A stretch of 62,238 bases of DNA, the filler included, from Hausera hauseri (lineage: Eukaryota): NCBI GenBank assembly GCA_046269625.1. It is 9 parts of 9 records of this genome, joined end to end, with 100 filler letters (N's around TTAATTAATTAA, not from the genome) between each part and the next. Parts side by side here need not be neighbours in the genome. Positions count along the whole stretch, not along the records: positions 1 to 8,611 come from JBJURY010583222.1; positions 8,712 to 12,650 come from JBJURY010872626.1; 7 more parts are not named here. The stretch is one strand, 5' to 3'. Both the position numbers and the translations under genes were made by a program. The notes under the pieces are model-generated. The model had not been told where the DNA came from. It searched no databases and saw only the letters and a list, made by a program, of their open reading frames with translations. Each line of letters begins with the position of its first letter. Position 1 is the stretch's first letter. This document shows, piece after piece, positions 1 through 12,469 of the stretch.

Positions 1-29
1 CAATCCGACACAATAACCGATATATTCTT

Positions 30-833
30 CGCAATTATTCGTGAGAAAATTTTTCGGTTTATGCTTATTTTTCAAACTACCGTATGAAACCAATTCATCG
101 AAATCCCATGGAAATGCAGTTTAATTCTATAGCTAATGCTCAGGCATGAGGTTTTCAGTAAGTCAATGTACACTCAAAACGTTTACGGCTAGGTGGACAT
201 GTTATAATTGGTGAAAAATTGGATCTTTTTTCCAATTCGGTATCCGATATTATAGTAAAGTGGACTAAATCAGAATCAGTCTTCCGCTCATATATTATAC
301 CACACGATTTATTAATGGAAACGGAACTGGAATTATGTGAGTACGTCAAGAAAACGGCTACATTAGCTGTAAAGACATGTGAAATAAACGCAGATGGTCA
401 TATTTCGATTATACTACATGACAGGGTTACATATTTTGCCTTTGATGAATTATTGGCTAGGAATCTGGGTTTTTCAAAACGCGAATTCTAAAAAAAAGCA
501 TTGTGGGCCGATCTAATCTTGCCAAATACAAATCACAACTCTATGGAGCCTTTCATAGAATTATCATTTTAACGGATTTAACCGAATCCATACTCGTTGG
601 TGGAGAACGTAAATAACTACTGGCTTCTATTGAACTGGATTCTGACACGTACAAAAAACATGAGTGAAACTGTTCGCGTTAATATGCTCAGACCCATATA
701 CTTATTATTTTCTCACAATATTGTGCAGAGTAATTTCGTGTATATGATTGATGAATTTTGGGAACCCATTAAATTTCTGTTTGGGTCAACGACACATTTG
801 ACGTTACATTTTCGACGTCGTCAACGGCGATAA
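30..833 (+). pseudogene. Polinton/Maverick-like minor capsid (penton) paralog 1, frameshifted
   Basis: The C-terminus VNMLRPIYL...IDEFWEPIKFLFGSTTHLTLHFRR matches the Polinton penton C-terminal signature (P.Y...I.D..G.P..F......LHFRR). ORF pieces 219-491 and 597-833 are broken by stops and frameshifts. Start is approximate. Confidence 0.6.
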
Positions 834-854
834 TAAACAAACTGCGTCATCGCT

Positions 855-1901
855 ATGATCATATTCATCGAGATCATGAATATTTACATGGTGTTGCAGA
901 GCAACAGTTGTCTGACGACTCGTCCGAACAATTTAGCCAGTGAATACGTCGTAGACTGGAAAAATCCTTTGGATTTATTTGGAAAATGGGATGTTGCACT
1001 GACGGAATTTAACTTTTCCTACTCACCAGTGACATTCAAAGGTAGTATGAAAATAACATACAACAAGACTGTTACTGAAACCAAAACACATTCTTGTTAT
1101 ATGACACTTACTAACAATAAAATAACAATTGAAGAATTGGCCATTTGCACGACCAGTACAAATTACGGTTTATACGGCAAAATCGGTGTTTTTATTTTAG
1201 ACCAAAACTTAAATTTTATGGCAAATTTTGAATTTACTTTTACCTTTGATCCTCTGAGATGGCGCAGAAATTTGGATTCAAAAATACAGAGTACAAAGGT
1301 AAACATATTGAAAGTGAATATGTAGTTGATCCCAGATTAAGTCCCGTATATTACCAGACAACGGTGAAATTTAACTATACAGCAGAAAGAGTGTCAACGT
1401 CCTACGTATCGATTGGAGACAATGTCTATTGAGAATCTGTAGCACATCTCTGTTAACACTTTTCTTCAAATCAAAAGTACAAGGAAATATTTAAAGTTTT
1501 CGAATGAGATGCAAATGGATACATTAAATTTGAACTGGCTAAGGATATTATCGACATTTCATTGAACAAAGCTTTGGCCATGGTATTGGGTTTTGAAAAA
1601 CAGCGGTTTGAGGCACTGACGTCTAAGTCAAATGTACATTTACGTGAACGTCACCGAACCGATATTGGTCGGTGGAGTACGTGTACCACTACTCCGTGCA
1701 ATTTATCCGGAAAGCAGCAATTATACTGCTGGCGACAATGCAACTGTCAAACTCAATAATCCAATGTACCTATCTGTCGCATCTACATCTATAAACAATG
1801 TTGAAGTGAATATCCGATGTAACGCGGGCTACCTTATTGAATTTCCGTACCGTACTTCAACCAGTCTAACTCTTCATTTCCGTCGAATCCAACATGATTG
1901 A
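855..1901 (+). pseudogene. Polinton/Maverick-like minor capsid (penton) paralog 2, frameshifted
   Basis: N-term IYMVLQSNS...PNNLASEYVVDWKNPLDLFGKWDVALTEF and C-term MYIYVNVTEPILVGGVRVPLLR...NPMY...NIRCNAG..IEF...LTLHFRR are the two conserved halves of the Polinton penton. The middle is broken by stops. Confidence 0.8.
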
Positions 1902-2260
1902 TTCCGAAATCGTTTCCATTTACAGTAAACCCCAGCAGTTCTGTGAACTTCCGTATTTCGTTGGTAAACAGTATGACGCTGGATGCTTGCATACATTGGT
2001 ACGTTTAGCATTTCCGGTGTTGAAGCGTATTGGATCCGTGGCAGCAAAAACAGCACAGGACGTACTATATGAAAACAAATGGATTTTACCATCATTGAAG
2101 AAACACGCCTTGACAGAAATAAAAAGCGCTGCACCGGGAGCCATTGAATAAGTCAAAAAAACAATTCGCTGGCAGTGGCTTGATGAGAAAACGTGGATGT
2201 GGTAGATCAGCTAGCTTTTAAACTATAAACAAACGTCGTCGTCGTACGATTTTCGATTGA
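1894..2260 (+). pseudogene. small basic Polinton core-like protein (putative adenain substrate)
   Basis: LPYFVGKQYDAG..LVRLAFPVLKRIG, then after a frameshift FAGSGLMRKRG and an RRRRTIFD* end. It sits between penton and major capsid, as in Polinton capsid modules. Confidence 0.55.
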
Positions 2261-3504
2261 TTGATTGATAGACAAATAGCATCCGCAAAATCTGAATTGT
2301 GTATATTTGGCAAAGGCGCAACACAAGTTGTTATTGACAATGCGGCATTTGAAGAAATCTACCCCGTTGACTCGGTTTCAACGGATAATAACATTGATAT
2401 TCAATTCAACATTATGACATCGGACAATGGATACCTGGATTTAACGATACGCTACTCTATTTAAAATTCATTGTTAAAAAGGATGCATCAGCGGTTCTCA
2501 CTGCAACAGACAATGTCACACCGGCCAATTACCTTTTCCTCACACTGTTCCAGAGGCTTCACTGACCCTAAACAGCTACAAAATCCAAGGCAACAACAGT
2601 CTATACAGTATCGAAGCATTCACTGAAACGGCTCTGAATTACAGCACAGACACGAAAACGATTCATTTGACGAAAACCATCGGATATGACGCCACTGCAG
2701 CAAACCATCAGGCATGGGTGGCAGAATCAAAAACGCTTACCATGTGTGGACCGCTGTACTTTGACTTTTCGATCAGCCGTAATACCTACTACCCGGTGTT
2801 AAAGCTATGATTTGGCTTAAATGCAGCGACAGTGTCTTTTTTTGAAAACCGCAGTTCCAAATTTTAAACCCAAACGGAAAATAACCGAGGCACGATTATA
2901 CGTAAGTCGTGTAAATGTGGGGCCATTTGCGCTCATGGGACATCGATTGGGCTTGGAAACACAAAATGCCTGTTACCCGATACAACACACAAAACTCGCC
3001 TTTTACATCATACCCAAAGGTTCAACTACGTTTTACAACTACGCACTGTTTGGCGACATGCGATTGCCGAAATTTGTGCTCGTTACATTTCAAACGACTG
3101 TTCAACAAACGGGCAGTTATACCACTTATTAGGAAACATTTACCCATAGCAATGTGAATTACATCAGTTTGGGTCGGAATGCGGATTTCGTAGAGACGTG
3201 CAAACAAGACTTTGAGTCTAATGATTATGTTGCACGTATATGTAGTCTATCGTGCGCAACATGGGTTTGGTGAACAAAAATGTCAACAATGGCATATCGA
3301 TGGATTTGTTCAAGTCCACCTATCCATTCTTCACCTTTGTCCCGGCTCCGGATTATGACGTTGAGCAGATTTAACTACCGCAGCGGGGAAACTTACGACT
3401 GAAGATTCACTTTGTTGAAGCATTTGAGCAATCTACCGTGATGTACATTTCGTGTATTTGATGGCAAGGTTGAAATAACGAAAAACGAAACCGTCATTGT
3501 ATAA
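2261..3504 (+). pseudogene. Polinton/Maverick major capsid protein (double jelly-roll), degraded
   Basis: AKSELCIF...TQVVI...EIYPV...IQFNI...YLDL..TLLYLK at the N-terminus; later ARLYVSRV...ACYPI...LPKFVLVTF. Ends ..VEITKNETVIV* at 3504. Several stops and frameshifts. Confidence 0.8.
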
Positions 3505-3562
3505 ATAAAACCTTCTTCTTCCTCTTTGCGCCATAAAGTAATTTATTACCATTATTACTATA

Positions 3563-3930
3563 ATGATTAAGTCACGTTTCACGTTTAGCTCATCTGAACT
3601 CAGTCACTATGGAAAACTGCTCTTGAGTGTGAAATTCCGCGGTTTGTTTCCACTGGACCGTGTGCCGCATGACTTACGACAAAATGGTGGCGGAGGTTTC
3701 ATCGTCAATACACACAGTTCATCGTTACCGGAAGAACACTGGATAGAGGTGTACGTACATCCGACCGTCGTCAAGGTATTCGATCCGCTCGGGTTTTATT
3801 ACCTGTAATCGTTAGTTTCTTAAATTGAAAGACAATAATACCATCGTATTGAATATAATCGACTTCATTATCAACATCCACTTACCGTATTGTGTGGACA
3901 TTATTGCTATTGTGGCTTAAATTACAGATA
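3563..3930 (+). pseudogene. adenain-like cysteine protease of Polinton type
   Basis: FRGLFPLD...FIVNTHSSSLPEEHW...VFDPLG and, after a stop, YNRLHYQHPLTVLCGHYC give the His, Asp, Gln and Cys catalytic motifs. End is approximate. Confidence 0.85.
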
Positions 3931-4899
3931 TTATTGTGTACGTATTCCGCTTTTTAAATGGACAGACAGACTGTTTTTGTGCGGATAGACAGAGAGCTTT
4001 GTGATTTTGATATATATTATTTGCTATATTGCTGTTGTTGTTGTTGTTATTACCATGTATTGTTATATTGTTTCATTACCTTTGTTACATTTGTGTACAT
4101 GGCTTCAGGTATCACCTTTGCTACTACTACTAGCATTGCAGTTTTGATCATAATCATTCTCCTTGTGAGTAGTACTTAGTTATGAGCTCATGCTCATAGT
4201 GCGATTGGAATTTATTATTAACCGTTCGGTTTTAATCGTCGTCGTCGTCGTCGTCGTACAAAATAAAATTCACGCGAGATTTTTACAAAACAAACGCATT
4301 TACAAAACATAAAACGAAAATGACGATTTTGACGTTTTACAAAATGCGTTTTTCACCATGATCCATTTGTCTAATCGTGAGGCGGTTATAATATGAAATT
4401 TCCCCAACTTATGGGCAATGTACGTGACCCATTTCCAAAGCGGGCAGACTTGAACAGGGGAAAATTTTACCAGACGGAAATTTTTCCAACCGGTTTTCTC
4501 AATGTTCCCTTAGTCGGACGACGACGAAACCGAGTCCATTTGACTTGTCAACATCAATTTACCTCTGTACAAGATTCCCATATACCAACTACATATGTTG
4601 CGTTGCCGGTTGCACATTTCCCGTTTTTCTTCTTCCGCCTACTGTGCCGCTAAATTACATTTTTCGGCTTCACGGCTCTGATAAATTTTGTTCGCCTTTT
4701 TGACCTTCTTCTTTTCATGCGGCGGGGGGTCTCAGACCACGAAACATGAAATGCTCAGAATTGCGAGATAGGTTGGGAAGTGTTGGTCCGAGTCGATATG
4801 GGCACTTTTTGGAATATGCGGTAGAGCTGACACTTCTACCTACTTATTGTAATACTATTAGTTATATAATTTTTAATTAATTATTTTAACTGAAAGCCA

Positions 4900-5670
4900 T
4901 GTGCTGCACCACATAAATATTGATTTGCTTATAGGTTTTCATACATGAGAAATACCATGGATACATTAGATTATTAGAATAATTTACGCTTCATCGAGGT
5001 TTCGAGTTCGAATCGATAATTACTCAATTAGGAAACTGGATTTCCAATATGTGACATCGGATTTAGATTCGCCATATATTGTTTCCTATCCAACTCGGCT
5101 TAAAGATTTATCGATTTCAGTGCGCTTTACCTTCAGTTTCACCTCAGTTGAACAATCAATATAAGCACCGTTAAATTAAGTAGTATTTTTTTACATAATT
5201 TTACCATAATTGAAAAAATTGTTTTAATACACCGCGTTACACTGCACCGCACCAATTTCGATTTACTTATAGGATTTTGCATATGTGGAGTCGAATGACT
5301 TCATTAGTTTCTTCGAATAACGTACGCTTGACCGAATTTTCGAATTCGAATAGCTAAATATTCGACATTTAAGCTTGAATTCGAATATATAATATCATAT
5401 TCCGATTCGTCACTTATGAGTTCTTATCTGTATTCGCCAACATATTTATTCATTTATGCTTCACTGAGCTTCAAATGCACATTTTGCTGAATTCGATTTA
5501 TTGATTTTATATCTATATAGCACATGTTCGTGGAATAATTTTAATGGATCTAGGGGTTTTGGCACATGGACGATCGAATGACGTTATCAGATTTTTTCGA
5601 AAAATTCGAAGTTTGATATTCGGGCAAAAAATTTCGAAATTCGAACATTTTACTCGATATTCGAGATCTT
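4900..5670. repeat. degenerate tandem repeat, about 340-bp unit (2 copies plus a partial third)
   Basis: CTGCACC..GATTTRCTTATAGG..TTAG..GAATAA..TACGCTT..TTCGARTTCGAAT recurs at about 4903 and 5242, with a weaker partial copy near 5546. Confidence 0.55.
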
Positions 5671-7923
5671 CATAATCGGTTTCCTGTCGTTCCCCGCTGA
5701 ATGAAATATTTAATTTTGATTATGACCGCAAAACCCCATGGTCATTCGCCACTACATGCACATTCGAGTCGGTATCATTCGAAAACAATTCGATCGATTT
5801 AAATTCTAGCTGCACATTCGTATAAGGCACCGTTTTTGCAATCGACTGCACCCGGTGCCATGTGCTAATCATTAGTATTGAAATAATCGGAAATCCGATA
5901 TCTTTGATTTGCACCCATTTGCACATGTACAAGTGTACTGCACTGTGCACCAATCGATGCGCACTAATGTGAACTATTTATTAGCATTTTGTGCTAATCG
6001 ATTTGATCAATACATCACTGTGCAGCGATCGATTTGTGAAATGTGCAAAAGTTCCATGGCAACGGTGCCTAACGGCACCGCCACCATGCACATGTGTCGA
6101 TCCATAGTGCACCTTGTGCACTATCGATTAGCACATGTGCCATAGCGATTAATCGATCACCCCACGGGGTGGTGATAAATGACCATTTTCCACCTACTGG
6201 TGTTGTTATGTAATATTTGACTAATTGTGCTTTCATGATGCTTTGTTGACCTAATAAATATCCATGTAATATTTGACTATTTACGTTTTGTTAATGTTTC
6301 GTTGAAGTAACTATCACCGCCCTTAAATAGACCGTTAAATAGAGCAATGCAAGTTCGCCAAGACAAAACCGCGTTGCTGTATTTAACGGACATAGATTTA
6401 CTTCAGGGCTTAGAAAAATATTATCCACACAGTTCTTTATGCCTTTTTCGTATGATTTTTTTGGACTTTTATCTTTTTGCATTTTTATTATTTAGCCATT
6501 GTTTCTGGATTTTTGAATTTTTTTATTTATTGGTTTTTATGTTTTTCCAAAATTTTCTTAATATTACTTTATTCCAAAGCTGGCTTCTTTTTTGTTTTAA
6601 ACGCGCTTTTTGATTCCTCATCATTTATGTCAGTATATATGATTTCTAACGTGAAATTGGCATCGGTAGACCTCAGTGCTCTAACCCAACTGTTTAGTTG
6701 AGCAATCCGGTCAACAACAAGACGTCAAGGTGTACATAGTGTACATACATGTGTGTGCATATATGATTGAATATGTAAAATATGTGTGAAATATCACAAA
6801 TGTGTTATGATTGGTAATAAATGAACAGAACTCTTCTCGACTTTCGAAGAATAGAAGGGTTTAAAGGAAAATGAAAAAGTAAATGTTAAAGGTAAAAGTT
6901 CCCTAACCAGTGAGATATTGTGAATAATAGACAGGACTTTTGGATGTATCGATTAATCTTTCTTAACGGAATTTAAAAACGTTCGAAAATATGTAGAAAT
7001 CGTTTATAATCCCTTTCTAAATCACTGAAAACTTCCGAAAATAAGCCTAGCTTAAATGTTCCACCTCCGGTTATACCATTATCTGATAATTTTGTACATT
7101 TAAACGTAGTTAACGTCAAACAACAGGAAACCGAAAAACGATCATACTATTACCCAGTCAAGGCGTTTACCAATTCCAATCCGCAAACTGCAAATTCTAA
7201 GGGAAACAAAATTGGAAACATCCCATCACAAAAGTTAACTGAGGGAAAAACGAATTCGATTAATCATAAAAACCCCAATAACCATGCAGCCGACAAACTA
7301 CATCTTAAAATTTTTGAGTAAAGTCTACCTGAATCGTTAAAATCCGATTTAAAAAATATAAATTCAATACTATGAAAACGGGAGTCGAAAATAATTTCTC
7401 TGATAACGGAACTGGACAAGTGCAAATTAGAATCATTGAAATTAAATGACTTAAACACCGTATTAAATGATAAAGCAGATTTGTTACAAGACGAAGTGTG
7501 AAACCCTGCGAGAAGAAATGGGATTGTAGCAAATTAAAGTTGTTGAATATCAAAATAATATTACAGATGAATCAGAAAATTTCGAAAAGGAATTGATACC
7601 AAAACAACAAGCACTTACAAAATTGTATTTGGAGAAATGTAATACCTTAGAAATTTATTAATAGGTAGAATTCTTGTAATATTGGTACCTACATACAAGA
7701 ACAAAAATAACAGGTAGAATTCTTATAATATTGGAATTTACACACAAGAATTTGCTCATTGGTACTTGTATGTGTCTATATATTCCGTATTTTATGTATC
7801 CGTCCATGTGTCCCGTGACTCTGAGTTCCTCACCCAGGGCTTGAGACCTGGTGATGGCCCATTAACAAAGGACAATGACAAGTTGATCACCATGTATATT
7901 ATCATTGTGATTTAAAAGCAAAA

Positions 7924-7981
7924 GGAATTCAATAATATTGAATTCCAACGTTTTACATAGAATTCAATATTATTGAATTCC
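7924..7981. repeat. perfect 22-bp inverted repeat with quasi-palindromic arms
   Basis: GGAATTCAATAATATTGAATTC (7924-7945) and its exact reverse complement (7960-7981). Confidence 0.85.
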
Positions 7982-8446
7982 ATATCATTTAATTCCAATT
8001 GTGAATATGCGAAATTCACAGAAAATCAGTATTACTATTTTAACAAGATAATCCCTTATTACTGAAAATATATATTAAATGTATTCAGATTTTGATTTCC
8101 ATAATAACAGTAAACAAATGAAATTTCGTAAATCCATTCGAAAATTTCATGTGTATCAGATACTCAAATTGGCGACATAACTTTGCAAAATTTCATTTAC
8201 ATTATATCGCCAATTTAATGCACTAATGGGTAAATATGGTGGACTTTATATAACAAATATATTAATTTATTTTGTTATTTGAATAATCCAAATGAAATGA
8301 ACATTTATTTAATGTTTGTTTTATTCAATGAGATCAAATTACCCAAAAATAAATTAACGTACTGCAATTGTACTGATGATGTTTAAATGAACTAATTGTT
8401 ATTATTTATTAGTGATAAGTAATTTGCGAATTTTGAATTTGAGGAA

Positions 8447-8611
8447 ATGGATAATTTTTTCAACATCTTGAGACAGTTTAACATTAAATTTATTTCAAAT
8501 ATACCCGATTATCTCAAATGTACAATTTGTCACCAAGTGTTAATTGATTCATGTTTTTCACCTTGTGGTTGTGCATTTTGTTCAGTTTGTATTGAAGAGT
8601 ATTTGCGTGAT
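8447..8611 (+). CDS. TRAF-like RING-finger protein, 5' part (truncated by contig end)
   Basis: IKFISNIPDYLKCTICHQVLIDSCFSPCGCAFCSVCIEEYL resembles the N-terminal RING of TRAF proteins (His replaced by Cys). Confidence 0.65.
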
Positions 8612-8711
8612 NNNNNNNNNNNNNNNNNNNNNNNNNNNNNNNNNNNNNNNNNNNNTTAATTAATTAANNNNNNNNNNNNNNNNNNNNNNNNNNNNNNNNN
8701 NNNNNNNNNNN
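8612..8711. other. artificial contig-joining spacer (same spacer at 12651-12750, 23931-24030, 29732-29831, 39096-39195, 46415-46514, 53273-53372, 57404-57503)
   Basis: Identical 100-nt N-run / TTAATTAATTAA / N-run linker, with stops in all six frames, repeated eight times. Confidence 0.97.
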
Positions 8712-9060
8712 CCAATGGTAATGGTTGAAATTTAACAATTTCTTTCTGCTGTGGATCAAAATCTAAACAACCCAGTACATTACTTTCAGATGACTTTCAT
8801 CCAGTCGTCCTACCGCAAACAGATTCAATCAGTTTTCTGAATGGAGATTAGTTGCAATGTAGCATATGAATTAACCATTGAAGAGGGCGCTGAAGACTAA
8901 GCTCTAACTTTCTTATGACTCCGTTGTGTTTGCCAGTATTAACTGCAGTTCCGTCACAAACCACTGCTCTAATAGCAGACTCAGAGTTATATTCTGTTAT
9001 AGTCAACACAATTTCATTGGAAACATCTTGAGACTTTGCTGACTCGGGTACAGTGCGACC
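8712..9060 (-). mobile_element. hAT-superfamily (hATx-type) transposase fragment
   Basis: Minus-strand translation AVVCDGTAVNTGKHNGVIRKLELSLQRPLQWLIHMLHCN*SPFRKL..GRTTG shows the DGT.VNTG motif and a degraded CxxH-type motif. Confidence 0.7.
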
Positions 9061-9919
9061 TATATAGTGACCATCTGAAAATGTTATAAAATATTTTAGA
9101 AGAATTCTGCGAATTTTGCAGAATTAAATTCAAAAATTGATATTGTTCAAAAGAGAAAAAACTGTTAACAATTCCAGAAAAATTATAAATAATTCTGGAA
9201 AATCCAAAAAGAAGAAAGTCGGTCAACACAGCCAGCCATATAAATAGGTGGCAATGGTAACGCTAGAAAGAGGAAAACTTCAACCGCTATATATTAGGCA
9301 GTTGTCCGAAGATTTGTCATAATTACATTTGCGAGATAGTGATATTAGCCGGAGTGGAGAAAGTTGAATTCAGCGAAATAATTCGTGGAAGGAGTAAAAC
9401 GTTTTCTAATTATCAAAGAGACTTGCTAGGAACAGTTTGTAACGCTATGGTAATAATTATATTCTCGTTTCGAAGAATTCAAATTATTTAAATAGTTTTC
9501 CATCGATCCTTAAGATCGATTTGACTGCCTTAAGGAAAATTTTCGACTTACATTTAGATAGTTAAGAGAAGATTTGATTTAAAAATTCTGCATAAGATTC
9601 TGCACATACTACCGGCACACGAAATAAAATCCTGTTAAAGTGATTAAGGCACATCTTGTTTTACCGAGCATGGTAAAACCTAACCTGCTTAAAAGCAATC
9701 AAATAGACTATAATTATACTGTTATATAGTGGGAATTGATTAAGGGCCACCTCAATATATAACATTACTATTTATATTTTTCAGCCAATGAAGTTCATAT
9801 TCTTTGCCTGCTTTGATGTTCTTCTCTTCACTGGTTGTTAGGTGATGATAGATTATGTTTAATTCACTTTTTATTTGCCATTTGCCACTTGCTTCATTCA
9901 TTTGAACTAAATTTCAGTC

Positions 9920-12469
9920 ATGGAAGCTTCAAGTAACAGTTCAACATCATGTGAAAGTGACTCTGTTAATCCTACAAGCAATAGCTCACCACAGAAGAGA
10001 GCGCGCTTTACACGTGGTGCACCTCAGTTGTTTTGCTTGGATGGTGATGAAATATGTAATGAGAACGCAGTAATTACTGGCTGTCGGCTACCGACGTGTT
10101 TGCAATTTTTGTGATGAACGATGTACCACTGAAACTCAGTCGAAAATACGAAAAGACCACGAGCAATTGGCTCCATACAACGTTTCTCTACAACCAAGCT
10201 TGTCCTGAAAAACGTTGCCACCTATGAGAAGGCCAAAATCCCGATGGTGATAGAGCTCGATAAGATCGAGAAGCTTCTGGATGCATACAACAAGCTCCGT
10301 TCCATCCCCCCCCAAGATCGCAGAGATACTTCGGTATGTAGAAGAAGATTGATGAAAACCAACAAATGCTGCAGTCGATATTCAAGCTCTGGACACCTGA
10401 GGAAGAACGTCTGGTCAAGGATGGCGAAGATCGGGAATTTTTGCAGTTAGTGAAAATGACCGTTCAGTCAGCTTTGGTTTTTTCGACAAAATATTGGCAC
10501 AAATAGTTGAAAGGCGTCATCAGCATGAAGCGGCAGCTGTAGTACGATGGAAGCGTGCTCGATGTGAGGTGACAACAACAGCAGCTGTCACTAGTTTCGC
10601 GTCGTCTGATGACAGCGACAGAGACAAAGCTCAACAGCAGGAGTCTACCATTGATGCAACAAAAGGAGATGTGTTGGAACGCATAACACGCCTCGTCGCA
10701 AGATGCAAACTACGACGTTACTATTTGTTCCGTCAAACGTTCTGCGTAACCCCAACATTGTGACACTAGCTACTCGACTGAAAGTGACACCAGAGTACAA
10801 GCAGCATTCACTTAGGGCCTGATATTCAAGTTCGGGGGTGACGTTTCAATGATTGTTGCACCTTATGCAACTGCGGATCGTTCGAGACGCAAGATTGTCA
10901 GTCAGATTGCTGGCAGTATTATCAGGGAACGGAACCCACCAAAGCTGTACACACTGCACTAGGATGGCAAGCTAACACCAGTTTTGCCGAAACACCTGGT
11001 GGCTGAAGAAAGAGTCACAGTGCTTGCTGGTAATGTGGCACAGATGAAGCTTCTGGGACTCCAGAGTTATAACAAGACAGCTTTGCAGACGATGAAACTA
11101 ATGACTGAATGGAAGTTCAACAATGTTATTAATATGGCGTTCGATTCAACAAATATAAATACAAATCATCTGTCATTTGCCTATCTTGCAATCCAGGACA
11201 CACTCCAGCGAGCAGTTCTGTGCTCATCATATCGACGAGGTTGTGATTTCACAAGTCTTCACCGACTTGAAGATCGAAGCATCTATGCAGTAATTAGAAT
11301 TTTGTACCTTACAGTTCTAAAAATGTGTACGTGTTTCAGCCACCTGAACACAGCTGAGAAGCCCAGGCCCTGTTGAAAACAATGTCAGATGAATCAAGTG
11401 CATATATTGCTAAAGTAGTCGATTTCTTGAGGGCTGATTATGCGGAGTTCTTAAAACTGTCGCTGTTCTTTCTATGATCCAGTGAAGTGGTAGTGCACTT
11501 TTACAGAACTGGTGCACTTCAAAACGCCTGAGGGATGACAATGCTAATTTACTGCCTCAATATTTTATTACTGAAGAGGATCATTGAAAAGCTGCCATTA
11601 AGAACAATCACTAGCCGAAATTAGGTGCCGAAAGTCCTAGCATTCGTAACCTTCCTGACACACAAACTGCAAGTGGTGGCTTACTTGGACGAAAGCAGTT
11701 AACGCACCATGAAATGTCTTACAACTGTTCAAAAGATTGCCGCAGTATGAATTGGTTAACAAGAACATTTCTCAATCTGCAGTGCGAGCATTTAGTCGGC
11801 ACCTATGTTAACTGACTGCTGAAATGGTTCTACTTATACTTTTCAGCACTCCTTTGCCTTCGCCGGAACGTCAAGCAGTTGCTGATGAACTGTTGCAAGT
11901 TCAGTCAGCCAGTGAATCGTTCTGGATACGGATGGGGCAAACCGTAGTTTCCTGTCGTCACGTTGTCCACACGGCTGTCTGACCTTATTTTAGTGGATTC
12001 CTGGTTCACAATGTTCTTTTTGCAGATTGACAGCAGCTTTCGTCGTCTGGAAGTTAGCGAGTGAGATGCCGGTGTAGGATACAAAACAACCTTGAAAAAC
12101 ATCAAAACTGTCCATGTGGTGAATAATGATTCTGAATGCGGTGTCAATCTGTTAACGGATTTCGTAAATGCTGCTCGTAGGAATGAAGGTTATCAGAATG
12201 TGCTGCAAGTCGTCGAATGCAGATGTGAGGCAAAACTCGACCTCGGGAAGAACACTAGCATTTAAGAAGCAGAACCTAATGGAAAATGGCAATTAAATGC
12301 ATTATTTTGCATATTCTGTTTTTTCAAATGCATGGTGGGAACTCTAAATGACCTTGGATTTACGAAATATTTCATACTCCTGCTTCGTGCACACGTAGTA
12401 ACAAACTGGTAATCCTGACAGAAAGACGTTTGAAATATTATTTTTTGACTACATGTGTGATGTACCCTA
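9920..12469 (+). mobile_element. degraded hAT (hATm-type) DNA transposon with right terminus
   Basis: Fragments LH*DGKL..EERVTVL..KLLG, MAFDSTNINT, LRADYAEFLKL, VVNNDSECGVNLLTDF and LQVVE. The 3' end TGATGTACCCTA reads TAGGGTACATCA on the minus strand, a hAT-like TIR start. Confidence 0.7.

Noticed and set aside
4900-5670. CRISPR-like array
   Set aside because: The units are long and degenerate with no constant repeat/unique spacer pattern, the context is eukaryotic, and there are no cas genes.
7845-7885. Penelope-type hammerhead ribozyme (CTGGTGATGGCCC...; also CTGATGA at about 8373)
   Set aside because: The core is incomplete: no intact CUGANGA plus GAAA with closing stems.
8656-8667. Recurrent TTAATTAATTAA palindrome between N runs
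   Set aside because: Artificial six-frame-stop linker used to concatenate contigs. ORFs running into it are artefacts.
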